Assembly: GCA_043732185.1 (NCBI GenBank)
Contig: JAYTHY010000136.1
Location: 60,330-124,329, forward strand
DNA: 64,000 bases
Reading direction: 5' to 3'
DNA from: Fibrobacteria bacterium
GTDB lineage: Bacteria; Fibrobacterota; Fibrobacteria; UBA11236
This document shows, piece after piece, positions 31,298 to 41,256 of the stretch (position 1 is the stretch's first letter; every line of letters starts with the position of its first letter). A model generated the notes under the pieces. It made no database searches, had not been told where the DNA came from, and saw only the letters and a list, made by a program, of their open reading frames with translations. The position numbers and the translations under genes were made by a program.

Positions 31298-32942
31298 GGT
31301 TTTCATAATTGAGTTTAAAGTACGCCGCGTCACGGGCGATTCCAGAGACTCTCGGTTCATCAATCCATCCGTCAAAGTGAGTGCCCGATGGGTATTCGTA
31401 GGTCCCGATCATAAGGGGTCGGCCGAAATCCGTTAGGCTTCCAGTGGCATAGCCTGCGTCCACTTCTACTCCGTTGATGTAGATACGCATGGCTTCTCCA
31501 TCATACGTTCCCGCTACATAAATCCAATTGCCCAGCGTCAAGGTCTGATTGGACCAAAGTTCATAATTGGTTCCTCCGAGGGTTAAAGTCAGCCGCAGAG
31601 TATTGCTGATATCACCCAAGGCCAAACCGTATTCGTAAAACGGGTATCCGCCTCCAGGCACGGCTTTGGCCAAGAAATTTCCATGCGCGATGAACGATTT
31701 AATCTGTACCCAGGACTCCAAAGTCAGAGCCTTATCGGAATGCAAAGTTGGCCCCGTGCCCACATTTATTCCAGTCGATGTACTGTCAAATTCCTGGCCG
31801 TAACTGGTTAAGGAGGGGATTCTGGGGAAGTGGGTCATCCCGACTCCGGTGCCATGATTCGAATTTCCCGTGGCGTCCTTGTATTGAAAAGGAGCATCAC
31901 TGGACATTTCGTTCAAGTGCCATGCGCCGCGGTAGCCGTATTGAGGGGAAAAGACTGCCGAACCCGAGGATTGGGAAGTCGCCAGGCTGTCACCAAAATA
32001 CATGCGAATATATTGGGTTGAATCGTTGCCGATCACGCTTTCCATGCTAATCCAGACCGCGGCTTTGCCATTGACGGGATCCCATGATTCCAACTCATAG
32101 ACCAAAGGTGTTCCATCAGGTTTCGCGAAGCGTAAATCATTGCCGTTTTTTTGGAGGAGGCTAAAATCGACGTCTGCTTTGCTGATGCATACCCGAAGTG
32201 GAAACCGGCCGGCTTTTGACATTAAGTTGGCTCCAGTAGCTGTGGTATTAAGGAAAATTCGCTTATTGTACCTGAAGGTGGAATAGACATCTGCCGGAAT
32301 CGTATCATCAGAACGGATGGGAACGTCTTTTACAAGGGGCTGCACATGGTAGGCTTCGGTCATATTGGAATAAACCACGGCTGGCATGCGTCCGGGGGGA
32401 AGCGAATCCAACAGCCCACGGTGCGATTCACTATTTCCGCGTTCCAAGGAGGATTTGAATGGAGTTCCTGGAATCCAGATAAAGCCCATTTTTTTCGATA
32501 AGGAATCCGGTACCAGGTAAGTCAGGGCACCGGTACGATTTAAGGGGTGGGTTCCCAAAGTTACGTCGATGGTGCCATCAACTAGGATGGTGCGTACCAT
32601 CGCTTTTTTTCCACTCTTGCCGTCTTCTGCTACAAAATTGTAGGTCCCAGAGTCCAGGTCTTCAATTTCAAATTTGCCTTCGGCATCCGTGGAGTCGAAA
32701 TGTTTGTGTACGGCATCCTGTCGGGTATCCAAAACAGGGTTGTAATCAATCGGGTAGGCGCGGACAACCACTCCAGGCATGGGTTTTCCGTTTTCATCTG
32801 AGAATAAACCAACGACGGTACTTTTGCCGGGAGGATTCAGGATTTCAGTGGACGTGACTTTTTCATTTTGTAAACATGCAACGACCACCAAGGCAATGGC
32901 CAGGGGAATCAACCCATGTAAAAGGCCTCCAAAATATTTCAC
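31263..32942 (-). CDS. Lipoprotein with carboxypeptidase-regulatory-like, DUF2341 and LamG domains
   Basis: Lipobox VVAC, TDAEGKFEI..L..GTY, DUF2341-like GNDLRF..LVYELESW..VWI, and LamG-like W.YVAGTYDG..IYING..DGWIDE. Confidence 0.82.
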   Translation of the reverse strand: MKYFGGLLHGLIPLAIALVVVACLQNEKVTSTEILNPPGKSTVVGLFSDENGKPMPGVVVRAYPIDYNPVLDTRQDAVHKHFDSTDAEGKFEIEDLDSGTYNFVAEDGKSGKKAMVRTILVDGTIDVTLGTHPLNRTGALTYLVPDSLSKKMGFIWIPGTPFKSSLERGNSESHRGLLDSLPPGRMPAVVYSNMTEAYHVQPLVKDVPIRSDDTIPADVYSTFRYNKRIFLNTTATGANLMSKAGRFPLRVCISKADVDFSLLQKNGNDLRFAKPDGTPLVYELESWDPVNGKAAVWISMESVIGNDSTQYIRMYFGDSLATSQSSGSAVFSPQYGYRGAWHLNEMSSDAPFQYKDATGNSNHGTGVGMTHFPRIPSLTSYGQEFDSTSTGINVGTGPTLHSDKALTLESWVQIKSFIAHGNFLAKAVPGGGYPFYEYGLALGDISNTLRLTLTLGGTNYELWSNQTLTLGNWIYVAGTYDGEAMRIYINGVEVDAGYATGSLTDFGRPLMIGTYEYPSGTHFDGWIDEPRVSGIARDAAYFKLNYENLKPDSRLLKFE

Positions 32943-33772
32943 CGGATCGCCTTCATTTGGATTTCACCCGTGGTTGGATATATCTGAAAGTTGAGATGAT
33001 ACACGCGTGACGCGCTTCCCATTTCATCGGTCAACCTGGCAATGCGTTGTCGACAGACCTGAATTTCCTTCTTGACTATTTCCAGACCCGGCTTAGAGAC
33101 GGCAACCACCAAACAGGATAGGTCACGTTCGTTGCGGGGTGTGGTATCAATGGAACGAGAAGCCAATACCATGTTCTTTTTGTGAAAATCCCTAAGTGCC
33201 ATAGCTTGTACATCTTCGCCAGAAGTAATCGCGCGGTTTCCTTGGCGATAGCCGACCTTGGTCTTTTCAATCAATCCCATGCGGATTAACAAGGCAATGG
33301 CTTTCTTGGCTTGTAATGCCGTTATGGGAGGGTTGAGCAATTTTCCGAGTTGTTCAAAATCACCTGTGAATCGAATGAGTGGCAGCAATTCTCGTAAGGT
33401 GCTGTAATACCATTTTGAGAAAAACTCATAATGGTCTTCCTGAATGCGTTGCGCGATACTGGGCGGATTGGCTTCCAGTAGCTTATGGAAAAAAAAAGCT
33501 TTTTCCTTGGGATCTTCGGCATTGCAATAGGCCACCATCTGCTGGAAATAGGCGAAAGCTTTATCGTCCAAGCGCATGGCTTGGGCAATTTTGAAAATGT
33601 TATTCTTGGATAAACTGCGTTTACCTGCGACTATTCGGTGTAAAACGCCTTTGGATTTGAATCCGGCCTGTCGGGCAAATACCCCATACGAAAAATTTGG
33701 GTTGTGCTCCTTGGTCTCAGAATAATAATCCTGAAGGAACAACCGGTAGTCAGTATGGTCGTAAATAGTCAT
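32939..33772 (-). CDS. TIGR02147-family protein (HTH plus DUF4423-like domain)
   Basis: IYDHTDYRLFLQDYY..FSY..FA..AG, FFSKWYY..REL, ERDLS and VYHLNFQIYP. Overlaps the downstream lipoprotein gene. Confidence 0.85.
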   Translation of the reverse strand: MTIYDHTDYRLFLQDYYSETKEHNPNFSYGVFARQAGFKSKGVLHRIVAGKRSLSKNNIFKIAQAMRLDDKAFAYFQQMVAYCNAEDPKEKAFFFHKLLEANPPSIAQRIQEDHYEFFSKWYYSTLRELLPLIRFTGDFEQLGKLLNPPITALQAKKAIALLIRMGLIEKTKVGYRQGNRAITSGEDVQAMALRDFHKKNMVLASRSIDTTPRNERDLSCLVVAVSKPGLEIVKKEIQVCRQRIARLTDEMGSASRVYHLNFQIYPTTGEIQMKAIR

Positions 33773-33922
33773 TCTTTTCAAAAATTCCTCCCCATAATTT
33801 AATCGATAAGTCATTTTCATGCATAAGGTTAATGACTAATGGGACCTGGTTAAGACCTGGCAACTATAATAGCCCAACTCGATATCCGCTAGGAGCGGTA
33901 CCCATGCATATGCGTTACCAGA

Positions 33923-35074
33923 TTGGTAACCATTTTTTGGCCGCATCCAGGGCTAAATCAGGCCCAACCGTCTAGAATTAACCCTAGACCCAATACCTTG
34001 CTTCGGGTCCGGATGTGTGCAGGTGGATGGAAACCATGCACCGAATCCAAAAGAAAGGCGGAGATGAGCGCATTGAAGTTGGAATTTAAGGAATTGGTTG
34101 GAACAAAAATGAGGAGCCGCCCGACTCTTCATGTGCCAATCCGAGTATCTGTTTCGGCTCCCGTCCTGGCATTTTCGCATGTCCGTAGAAACAACGACTT
34201 TTCGAACCTACGACGCATAGTCTCGGCAGATCCGAGAACCGAGCAGCCAAAAAAAATCGATAACGCAAGTTCCCTTGGCATACCGAACCGGGTTACCGTT
34301 TTCCATATGAACCGCGATTCCTTATTTGCCAAAAGAGACCAGAGCCATAATCGATTCATTTTAATAGCAAGCCTGCAAGGTACAGGGACCGTGGTTCTTC
34401 AAGATAAGGGTCTTCACTTGCTTCCTGGGGAAGCGGTGCTCCTTTTTCCAAATCAATTCCACCATTTCAAAATGGATGCCTCCTCTGATTTGCATTGGGT
34501 ACTTGTCACGTTTGGCTTTGAAAATCCAAATAAATTGGAAGTCCTGAGAAATAGGACCATTTCCATATCTCAGGCGGGCAACACGTACCTGACTCAGCTA
34601 ATCCACAACAGCAAAAATCCACCTCGATCGAATGAAATCGAAAGCTCGCAAAGTTTGTTAATCGGGCTGGTATTGCTGGAATTGTTGCCCAGTGAGGGCC
34701 ATACTAAGACGGATACATTTGGCACTCGGCAATCGCTCATTGATCAAGTCATCGATTTCATTCTGCAAAACTATGCTGATGAATTGAAAATGTCTTCGAT
34801 CACCAAACAATTTCCTTATTCCGAAAGCCACCTGCGCCTTATGTTTCGTAAACATACCGGCATGAGCATAGGTGGATATATTCAGAAAGTTAAAATCGAG
34901 AAAGCCTGCTCGTTACTTTTGGGATCCACCAGCAATATATCGGAAGTTGCCGACGCCTGCGGATTTGGCAGTTTGTATTCTTTCAGTCGGGCCTTTAAAA
35001 GGGTTACAGGGCTGTCGCCGCGAGGCTTTCGCAACAATAACGTGGCATACGCAGGTCATTCCCAGAAGCCCTGA
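33923..35074 (+). CDS. AraC family transcriptional regulator (true start probably further downstream)
   Basis: Cupin-like PGEAVLLFPNQFH and a C-terminal HTH (ISEVADACGFGSLYSFSRAFKRVTGLSP). Confidence 0.85.
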   Translation: MVTIFWPHPGLNQAQPSRINPRPNTLLRVRMCAGGWKPCTESKRKAEMSALKLEFKELVGTKMRSRPTLHVPIRVSVSAPVLAFSHVRRNNDFSNLRRIVSADPRTEQPKKIDNASSLGIPNRVTVFHMNRDSLFAKRDQSHNRFILIASLQGTGTVVLQDKGLHLLPGEAVLLFPNQFHHFKMDASSDLHWVLVTFGFENPNKLEVLRNRTISISQAGNTYLTQLIHNSKNPPRSNEIESSQSLLIGLVLLELLPSEGHTKTDTFGTRQSLIDQVIDFILQNYADELKMSSITKQFPYSESHLRLMFRKHTGMSIGGYIQKVKIEKACSLLLGSTSNISEVADACGFGSLYSFSRAFKRVTGLSPRGFRNNNVAYAGHSQKP

Positions 35075-35088
35075 GAGCGCTGCGAATC

Positions 35089-36141
35089 TCAATGGGTGGG
35101 ACGAAATCGATTCTTGTCCGCCGCCTTCATAAACGCAGCGTCCAAGGTGATTTTGCCGGTTTTAACCATTTCCATTAGGCAATCGTCCAACGTCTGCATG
35201 CCCATTTGACGGTTGGTCTGCATGACGGATCCGAGTTTGATGGTTTCTCCCGCCCTAATGATACCAGGCAAAGCCGAACTGGCGAGCAGAATTTCATGCG
35301 CGGCCCAGCGACGGGTGCCGTCTGCGCTTTTGAGTAGCTGCTGGGCGATGACACCTTTAAGGCTGTTGGCGAGCAGAGACCGAATTTGATTTTTTTTCAT
35401 GGCTGGGAAAACATCGATGATCCTATCAATAGTTTTCGCGGCCGAATTGGTATGCAACGTCCCGAATACCAAAATACCCATTTCCGCTGCAGTAAGCGCC
35501 AGCTCGACGGTTTCTCGATCACGCATTTCCCCGACAAGAATGATATTGACATCGCTTTTGAGTCCACCTTTGAGCCCTGCTTTGAAGGAATCGGTATCGG
35601 CGCCGACCTCTCTGTGGATGATAATTGATTTTTTGCTCACGTGGACAAATTCAACCGGCTCCTCGATGGTAATGATTTTCCGGCAATAATTGGTATTGAT
35701 ATAATCGATGATGGCTGCCAATGTTGTTGATTTTCCGCTACCTGTAGGGCCCGTTACCACAACCAAGCCCGAGGTCATGTCTCCGAAGTTTTTGAATACC
35801 TCTGGAGAACCTAAGTCCTCAAGGGAAAGCACCTTGCTTGGAATGATGCGAAAGACCGCTCCGTAACCGGTGAATTGCTTCAAATAATTGGCGCGAAAAC
35901 GAGCTTCATTTCCCATGGCGTAAGCAAAATCCAGATCGCCGCCGGCTAAAAATTTTTCCCAACGCTCAGGACCCGATATTTCTCCCAACATTTTTTCCAT
36001 TTGCAAATGGCTGAGCGCTTCGGCATCCATGTCCTTTAATTCACCGTGTATACGCGCCTTGGGTTTGCGCCCTTCTTCAAGATGGAGATCCGATCCTCCC
36101 ATGGCCGACATGGATCGAAACAATGCGTCTATTTGAGCCAT
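35089..36141 (-). CDS. pilT: Type IV pilus retraction ATPase PilT family
   Basis: GSDLHL, GPTGSGKSTT, TIEEPVE, LVGEMRD, FGTLHT and GMQTLD. Confidence 0.92.
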   Translation of the reverse strand: MAQIDALFRSMSAMGGSDLHLEEGRKPKARIHGELKDMDAEALSHLQMEKMLGEISGPERWEKFLAGGDLDFAYAMGNEARFRANYLKQFTGYGAVFRIIPSKVLSLEDLGSPEVFKNFGDMTSGLVVVTGPTGSGKSTTLAAIIDYINTNYCRKIITIEEPVEFVHVSKKSIIIHREVGADTDSFKAGLKGGLKSDVNIILVGEMRDRETVELALTAAEMGILVFGTLHTNSAAKTIDRIIDVFPAMKKNQIRSLLANSLKGVIAQQLLKSADGTRRWAAHEILLASSALPGIIRAGETIKLGSVMQTNRQMGMQTLDDCLMEMVKTGKITLDAAFMKAADKNRFRPTH

Positions 36142-36142
36142 G

Positions 36143-37657
36143 TCATCCTCGTCGTCCAATATATTTTTCGAAATCCTTGGGTGAAAATGCTCGAGACATC
36201 GCTTCTAAAGGATCGATGAGTCCTCTTTCTACCAGAGACCGCAAGGAGTCGTCCAATAGTACCATGCCTTGAGATTTTCCCGTAATCATGGCCGTACCCA
36301 GTTGATGTCCTTCATCTTTGCGAATCATGTTGGATACCGCTGATGTGATCAAAAGCAGTTCATAGGCGGGTACCATACCGGTTCCGTCTTTGCGCTGGAT
36401 GAGTTGCTGCGAGACGATGCCGCGCAGTGATTCTGAAATCATACTGCGGATAATCCCCTGTTCTTCAGGCGGAAAAGAATCGATCAATCGATAGATGGTG
36501 CGGGCGGCATTGGTGGTATTCATTGTGCCGAATACCAAGTGGCCGGTTTCAGCAGCTGAAATGGCCAGTCGGATGGTCTCCAAATCGCGCAATTCGGATA
36601 TGACGATGATATCCGGATCCTCGCGCATGGCGGCCCGCAAAGCGGCTTCTTGATTCAAGGTATGCAATCCAATTTCACGTTGCGTTATTCTACAGTTGGC
36701 AGGTGTGTACAGAATTTCAATCGGTTCTTCAATGGAGATGATATGGTCATGCCTCTCCTGATTCACTAACTCGACGAAAGTAGCCAAGGTGCTGGACTTG
36801 CCGCAGCCAACGGGGCCGGTAACAAGGACCAATCCCTGCGCCCAGCGTGTCAAATCCCGACACTGTTCCGGCAGTTCCGATTCTTCCATGGATCGAATGC
36901 GGGAGGGAATAACCCGTGCAGTCAATTCCCAGCCTCGGCGCTGTCTGCTGACCGTAACTCTATACCGCCCCCAACCCTTTAAAGTGTAAATGAATTCCAG
37001 ATCGCCACGCGACTCAAATGTCGCCAGCTGCTTAGGATCCAACGCCGTCTGTACCCAGGTGCGCAGCGTTTCTTGTTCCATCGGCTTTTCGGTGGCAGGC
37101 GTCAAAGAGCCGTACCGACGCAATAAAATGGGATTTCCTGCGGATAAATGAATATCCGATGCTTCAAATTCACGAGCATAGGCCAGGAGTTCCTGCCAGG
37201 TTACTGTAGGCCCCAGCGTTTTCGGGGCGAGCGTGATTGTATCCTGCGCCTGTCCTTTGGACTCTATGCCAACCACAGTGGGTTCTGATTGCGCCGGGGA
37301 CCAGGCTGCATCGGGCGATATGGGACTTGGCTCACGTCCGGTAGGATCTGGTTCTTCCATGTGCGAATGGAATTCGGTGCTGTATTTTTGAGGATACTCA
37401 ACGGGTGTATCCACCGAATTGGATGGGGAGTCAATGGCCTCCGATGCCTGCACATGTTCCACCGAGGTAGGGGGCTGCAGGGTTTGCATATATGCCAGTA
37501 ACTCTTCGTATGTTTGTCGGCTGAGTTGTGCCTTTTCGACAAGGATGGCAGCGACATCTTTTTCTTGGGTAATCAGCGGCCAAGAGGCCAAAATATCGGC
37601 CTCGGTGGCCAATTTATTTTCAAAAAGTATTTGTGCTACTAATTGATTGTCGATCAC
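36143..37657 (-). CDS. PilT/PilU family ATPase with a long N-terminal extension
   Basis: ASDIHL, GPVGCGKSST, REDPD..ELRD and AAETGHLVFGTMNT, preceded by roughly 140 extra residues including a Pro/Glu/Ser-rich linker. Confidence 0.9.
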   Translation of the reverse strand: MIDNQLVAQILFENKLATEADILASWPLITQEKDVAAILVEKAQLSRQTYEELLAYMQTLQPPTSVEHVQASEAIDSPSNSVDTPVEYPQKYSTEFHSHMEEPDPTGREPSPISPDAAWSPAQSEPTVVGIESKGQAQDTITLAPKTLGPTVTWQELLAYAREFEASDIHLSAGNPILLRRYGSLTPATEKPMEQETLRTWVQTALDPKQLATFESRGDLEFIYTLKGWGRYRVTVSRQRRGWELTARVIPSRIRSMEESELPEQCRDLTRWAQGLVLVTGPVGCGKSSTLATFVELVNQERHDHIISIEEPIEILYTPANCRITQREIGLHTLNQEAALRAAMREDPDIIVISELRDLETIRLAISAAETGHLVFGTMNTTNAARTIYRLIDSFPPEEQGIIRSMISESLRGIVSQQLIQRKDGTGMVPAYELLLITSAVSNMIRKDEGHQLGTAMITGKSQGMVLLDDSLRSLVERGLIDPLEAMSRAFSPKDFEKYIGRRG

Positions 37658-37760
37658 AGGGTTTATTGTACCAATAGGCGCTCAAATAGTCGGTCAAAAA
37701 TGCCACATAGAATTAATCTGGCCCTATTTTTGCTAATTTTGAGGGTATCAGCGGGGGACA

Positions 37761-39173
37761 ATGCGATTTCAAACCAAACTAATGTTGGTTTTCATACTGT
37801 TGCTCTTAACCGTAGTCGGTTTAATGGCGTTTTTTAATTACCAGAATGCCAAGCGCCTTTTAGGAGAAGTAGAGGCAAACCTCCAGGAAATCGTTAATAC
37901 CGTGCATTTTTCTACCCGGAAACTGTCTACGGAAAAGGGTCCGGACCGCGAGTACCTGGAAAAATTCATCGAGGAATTTAAAGGCAAGAAAGGCGTCAAA
38001 GAAGTTTCCATCGTCAGCAATCATCAAGAAGTGATCGCTTCGAGTAATCCTAAACGCATCGGCCATCAGGAGCGGGCCTTAAGCGGCAAGGAAATCGTGG
38101 TACAAGAGCAGTTTGGCGTTCCCGATTCCGGCAGCCGGAGAATTCGTTACGAGGTGCGCATGCCTTTAATTCGCGACGATCGTGTCATCGGCTTAGTTCA
38201 GACCTCCATTGCCCTGACGGATTTCCGATATCTTTTGCGCGAGGCCTATGTCAAAAATATCGCCATCGCCTTGGCAGCACTCTTGGTAGCATGTGGAGCA
38301 TCCTTTTTTATTCTGCATCGATTGAATAAACCGATTCGAGCCATAAGTGCCGCTGCTGAACAAGTGGCCTTGGGTGATTTGACGATTCAAATAGGGGATT
38401 TTGGTAAGGACGAAATGGGACGGTTAGCCCATTCTTTCAATGGCATGATTCAGAAGCTTGTCGAACAGAAATCCATGGAGGTCAGGCTTCGCCACTTGGA
38501 ACGCCAGGCGATACTTGCAGAAATGGCTTCGACGTTGGCCCATGAAATTCGCAATCCCCTGAATCTAATCAACTTGACGGCCGACCATTTGGGCGACCAT
38601 TTCCCTCCTGAGGACATAAAAAGGCGGGAAGATTATGCAAGCTTGATCGATTCGCTTAAGGCAGAAGTGAAACATTTAAATCTAGTGGTCGGTGATTTTC
38701 TTCACCTTGGTACTCCGCATAAATTAGAGAAAACCAAATTTCCGCTCAGTCTTTTAGCGCATCAAGTTGAAGTAATGGTTAAGCAACAATTGGCCACCAA
38801 GGGAATCGTATTCAAGATAATTTGCCGCGACGATTTGATTCTGAATGCCGATCAGGAGCAGATTCGACTCGTGTTGTTAAATATGCTGCTAAACGCCATT
38901 GAAGCTGTTGAGCCTGGCGGTGCCATCACAATACAATCCAATCTGGGCCAAGACAGCATGGTAGAGTTGTCCGTGGAGGACAATGGTAAAGGCGTGGCTC
39001 CGGAAAATTTAGAGTTGATTTTTGAACCCTATTTCACCAAACGTGAAGGGGGAACCGGCTTGGGCTTGGCTTTGGTGCGACGCATAGTTGAAGAACATGG
39101 CGGAACCGTAGTTGCCAAGCACAATGCCGGCGGTGGGCTCAAATTGGAACTACGCTTACCAACGGAAGTATAA
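37761..39173 (+). CDS. Membrane sensor histidine kinase (periplasmic sensor, HAMP, HisKA, HATPase)
   Basis: Two transmembrane helices, HAMP (DEMGRLAHSFN), LAHEIRNPL, NAIEA, DNGKG and GTGLGL. Confidence 0.94.
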   Translation: MRFQTKLMLVFILLLLTVVGLMAFFNYQNAKRLLGEVEANLQEIVNTVHFSTRKLSTEKGPDREYLEKFIEEFKGKKGVKEVSIVSNHQEVIASSNPKRIGHQERALSGKEIVVQEQFGVPDSGSRRIRYEVRMPLIRDDRVIGLVQTSIALTDFRYLLREAYVKNIAIALAALLVACGASFFILHRLNKPIRAISAAAEQVALGDLTIQIGDFGKDEMGRLAHSFNGMIQKLVEQKSMEVRLRHLERQAILAEMASTLAHEIRNPLNLINLTADHLGDHFPPEDIKRREDYASLIDSLKAEVKHLNLVVGDFLHLGTPHKLEKTKFPLSLLAHQVEVMVKQQLATKGIVFKIICRDDLILNADQEQIRLVLLNMLLNAIEAVEPGGAITIQSNLGQDSMVELSVEDNGKGVAPENLELIFEPYFTKREGGTGLGLALVRRIVEEHGGTVVAKHNAGGGLKLELRLPTEV

Positions 39174-39176
39174 CGA

Positions 39177-40535
39177 ATGGCCAAAATTCTTATCGTCGAT
39201 GATGAAGCGGCGCAAAGGCGCATTATGGGGGATATTTTAAAGGCCGTCGGCCATCAGATCGCCTTTGCGGCAAATGTGGATCAGGCGGAAGAAGCCATCG
39301 GCGATTTTCAGCCGGATGTCATTTTAACGGATATGAAAATGCCGGGTCGCGGAGGGTTAGCCCTGGTGGAAATGATTGGAAAGCTTCCCATGCCACCAGA
39401 AGTAGTGGTCATAACGGCATTTGGGAGCGTCGATACAGCGGTTAAAGCTATGCGACTTGGGGCATATGATTATTTGACTAAGCCGATGGAAAAAGTCGAA
39501 TTGCTTTTGATGGCCGAGAGAGCCGCCGAAAAATATGCACTAAGGGTGGAAAGTCGCCGTCTTCGCCAAGAGCTGAATCAAAAAATCGGTGAAGGTTTGG
39601 TTGCTAAATCGGAAATCATGAAGACCATTTTGGATACCGTTTCTCTCGTTTCCCAAAGCGACGCCACAGTTCTGATTCGCGGAGAAACTGGAACAGGTAA
39701 AGAACGAATTGCGCGACTTATTCACCAACAAGGATCTCGTGGGAATAAGCCTTTCATGGCCATTAATTGCGCGGCCTTTCCGGAAAATCTATTGGAGACT
39801 GAACTTTTCGGTTATGAAAAGGGTTCCTTTACTGGGGCCCAAGCGCGCAAAATAGGGCTGATTGAATCTGCCCAGAGCGGCACACTTTTTTTGGATGAAG
39901 TAGGGGATATGTCGCTCAGTACCCAGGCCAAGGTTTTGCGGGTGCTACAAGAACGTGAGATTCGGCGCGTAGGTGGAACAACAGTTTTACCCGTGGATAT
40001 TCGCGTGATTTCTGCGACGCACAAGGATCTCTCCGAAGGGATTAAGCAAGGGACTTTTAGGGAGGATTTATTCTATCGGTTAAACGTCATTCCTATTTTC
40101 CTTCCACCCTTACGGCAAAGGAAAGAAGATATTCCAGCGCTGGTGGAGCATTTCCTAAGCCAATCTCCCAGACCAAAAACGATCCATCCGGAGGCGCGAC
40201 AGCTCTTACTTGAATATGATTGGCCGGGCAACGTGCGCGAATTGCAGGCGGTTATGGAGCGGATTTCCGTACTGACCATTGGAGATGAAGTAACTGTTCA
40301 AAACCTTCCCTTGGAGCTTCAACCCGGTGCGCGCATGCAGGCCATAAGTCACACCGGCCCTGATGGAATTGAGCTTCCCAAAGATGGCCTGGTTTTCGAG
40401 GAGTGGGAAAAGAACATCCTAGCTCAGGCGCTGAACCGCTCCAGCGGCAACATGGCAGAGGCTGCAAAGTTACTGGGAATGACCTACCGAACTTTCCAAT
40501 ACCGTGCCCTCAAGTTCGGGCTTAAAGGAAATTGA
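39177..40535 (+). CDS. Sigma54-dependent response regulator (NtrC/ZraR family)
   Basis: REC domain, GETGTGKE, GSFTGA loop, LFLDEVG, WPGNVREL and a C-terminal Fis-type HTH. Confidence 0.95.
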   Translation: MAKILIVDDEAAQRRIMGDILKAVGHQIAFAANVDQAEEAIGDFQPDVILTDMKMPGRGGLALVEMIGKLPMPPEVVVITAFGSVDTAVKAMRLGAYDYLTKPMEKVELLLMAERAAEKYALRVESRRLRQELNQKIGEGLVAKSEIMKTILDTVSLVSQSDATVLIRGETGTGKERIARLIHQQGSRGNKPFMAINCAAFPENLLETELFGYEKGSFTGAQARKIGLIESAQSGTLFLDEVGDMSLSTQAKVLRVLQEREIRRVGGTTVLPVDIRVISATHKDLSEGIKQGTFREDLFYRLNVIPIFLPPLRQRKEDIPALVEHFLSQSPRPKTIHPEARQLLLEYDWPGNVRELQAVMERISVLTIGDEVTVQNLPLELQPGARMQAISHTGPDGIELPKDGLVFEEWEKNILAQALNRSSGNMAEAAKLLGMTYRTFQYRALKFGLKGN

Positions 40536-40569
40536 CCAAATGGGTTAGTGCGTTAACCCATTTGGGTTA
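40532..40569. promoter_or_regulatory. Tandem palindromic enhancer (UAS) candidate for the sigma54 activator
   Basis: TTGACCAAATGGGTTA (40532-40547) and TAACCCATTTGGGTTA (40554-40569), 22 bp apart and 80-117 bp upstream of the -24 element. Confidence 0.65.
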
Positions 40570-40648
40570 TAGCTGGGCGGAAACATTTTTTTTGTCGAAA
40601 AATATGGATAATCCTCATCGAATGGAAGCCCACATTCATCTTTAATAG

Positions 40649-40664
40649 TGGCACTGCTTTTGCT
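40649..40664 (+). promoter_or_regulatory. Sigma54 (-24/-12) promoter
   Basis: TGGCACTGCTTTTGCT matches TGGCAC-N5-TTGC(A/T) exactly. Confidence 0.85.
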
Positions 40665-40745
40665 CCCTACGCTTCTAGGGACCGATTCAAGTCAAAATTG
40701 AATGCAGGTACTCGGTTTAAAATCATATACACCAAGGAGTATTTT

Positions 40746-41204
40746 ATGAAGATGAATACCATTTCCAAACTCGCTATGTTTGCCAGCCTTTCATTGGCCG
40801 CCATGTCTTTCGCCGCCAGTAAAACGGCTGCGCCCACTACCCCTGCCGCAACTGCCACTGCAGCACCAACGGCAACCACCGCTCCCGCTACCACGGCACC
40901 TGCCACAGCCAAGGCCGCCAAAGCCATGAGCTTTTCAGGGTCAGTCGTCTCCACGGATGCCATTGCCAATACCATCGTGGTTAAAGGCGCCAAAGGCGAA
41001 GAGACGTTCAGCATCGCTGCCACTGGAAAAATCACCCAAGGCAAGAAAGATGTGAAATTGGCCGATATCACCAAGGATCAAAAAGTCACTGTCAAGTACA
41101 CGGAAGAAGCCGGTGCTAAAACCGCCTCCGCCGTTAAGGTCAGCGCTGCTGCCATGAAGAAGGAAGCAAAGACGTCAACTGCTGCAAGCACAACAACACC
41201 ATAA
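40746..41204 (+). CDS. Small secreted Ala/Thr/Lys-rich protein with an OB-fold-like domain
   Basis: AAGGAG Shine-Dalgarno, Sec signal peptide, APATT-type linker, then FSGSVVSTD..TIVV..LADI...QKVTVKY. Confidence 0.85.
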   Translation: MKMNTISKLAMFASLSLAAMSFAASKTAAPTTPAATATAAPTATTAPATTAPATAKAAKAMSFSGSVVSTDAIANTIVVKGAKGEETFSIAATGKITQGKKDVKLADITKDQKVTVKYTEEAGAKTASAVKVSAAAMKKEAKTSTAASTTTP

Positions 41205-41216
41205 TTAGGGTTCTTT

Positions 41217-41253
41217 AAAACCGTCGCTTCAGCTGGAGCGACGGTTTTTTTTT
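41217..41253 (+). terminator. Rho-independent terminator (possibly bidirectional)
   Basis: AAAACCGTCGCTTC-AGCT-GGAGCGACGGTTTTTTTTT between convergent genes. Confidence 0.9.
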
Positions 41254-41256
41254 CGT

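Noticed and set aside
40667..41074. 135-aa hydrophobic minus-strand ORF
   Set aside because: Antisense of the Ala/Thr-rich secreted protein, which has the Shine-Dalgarno, promoter and terminator.
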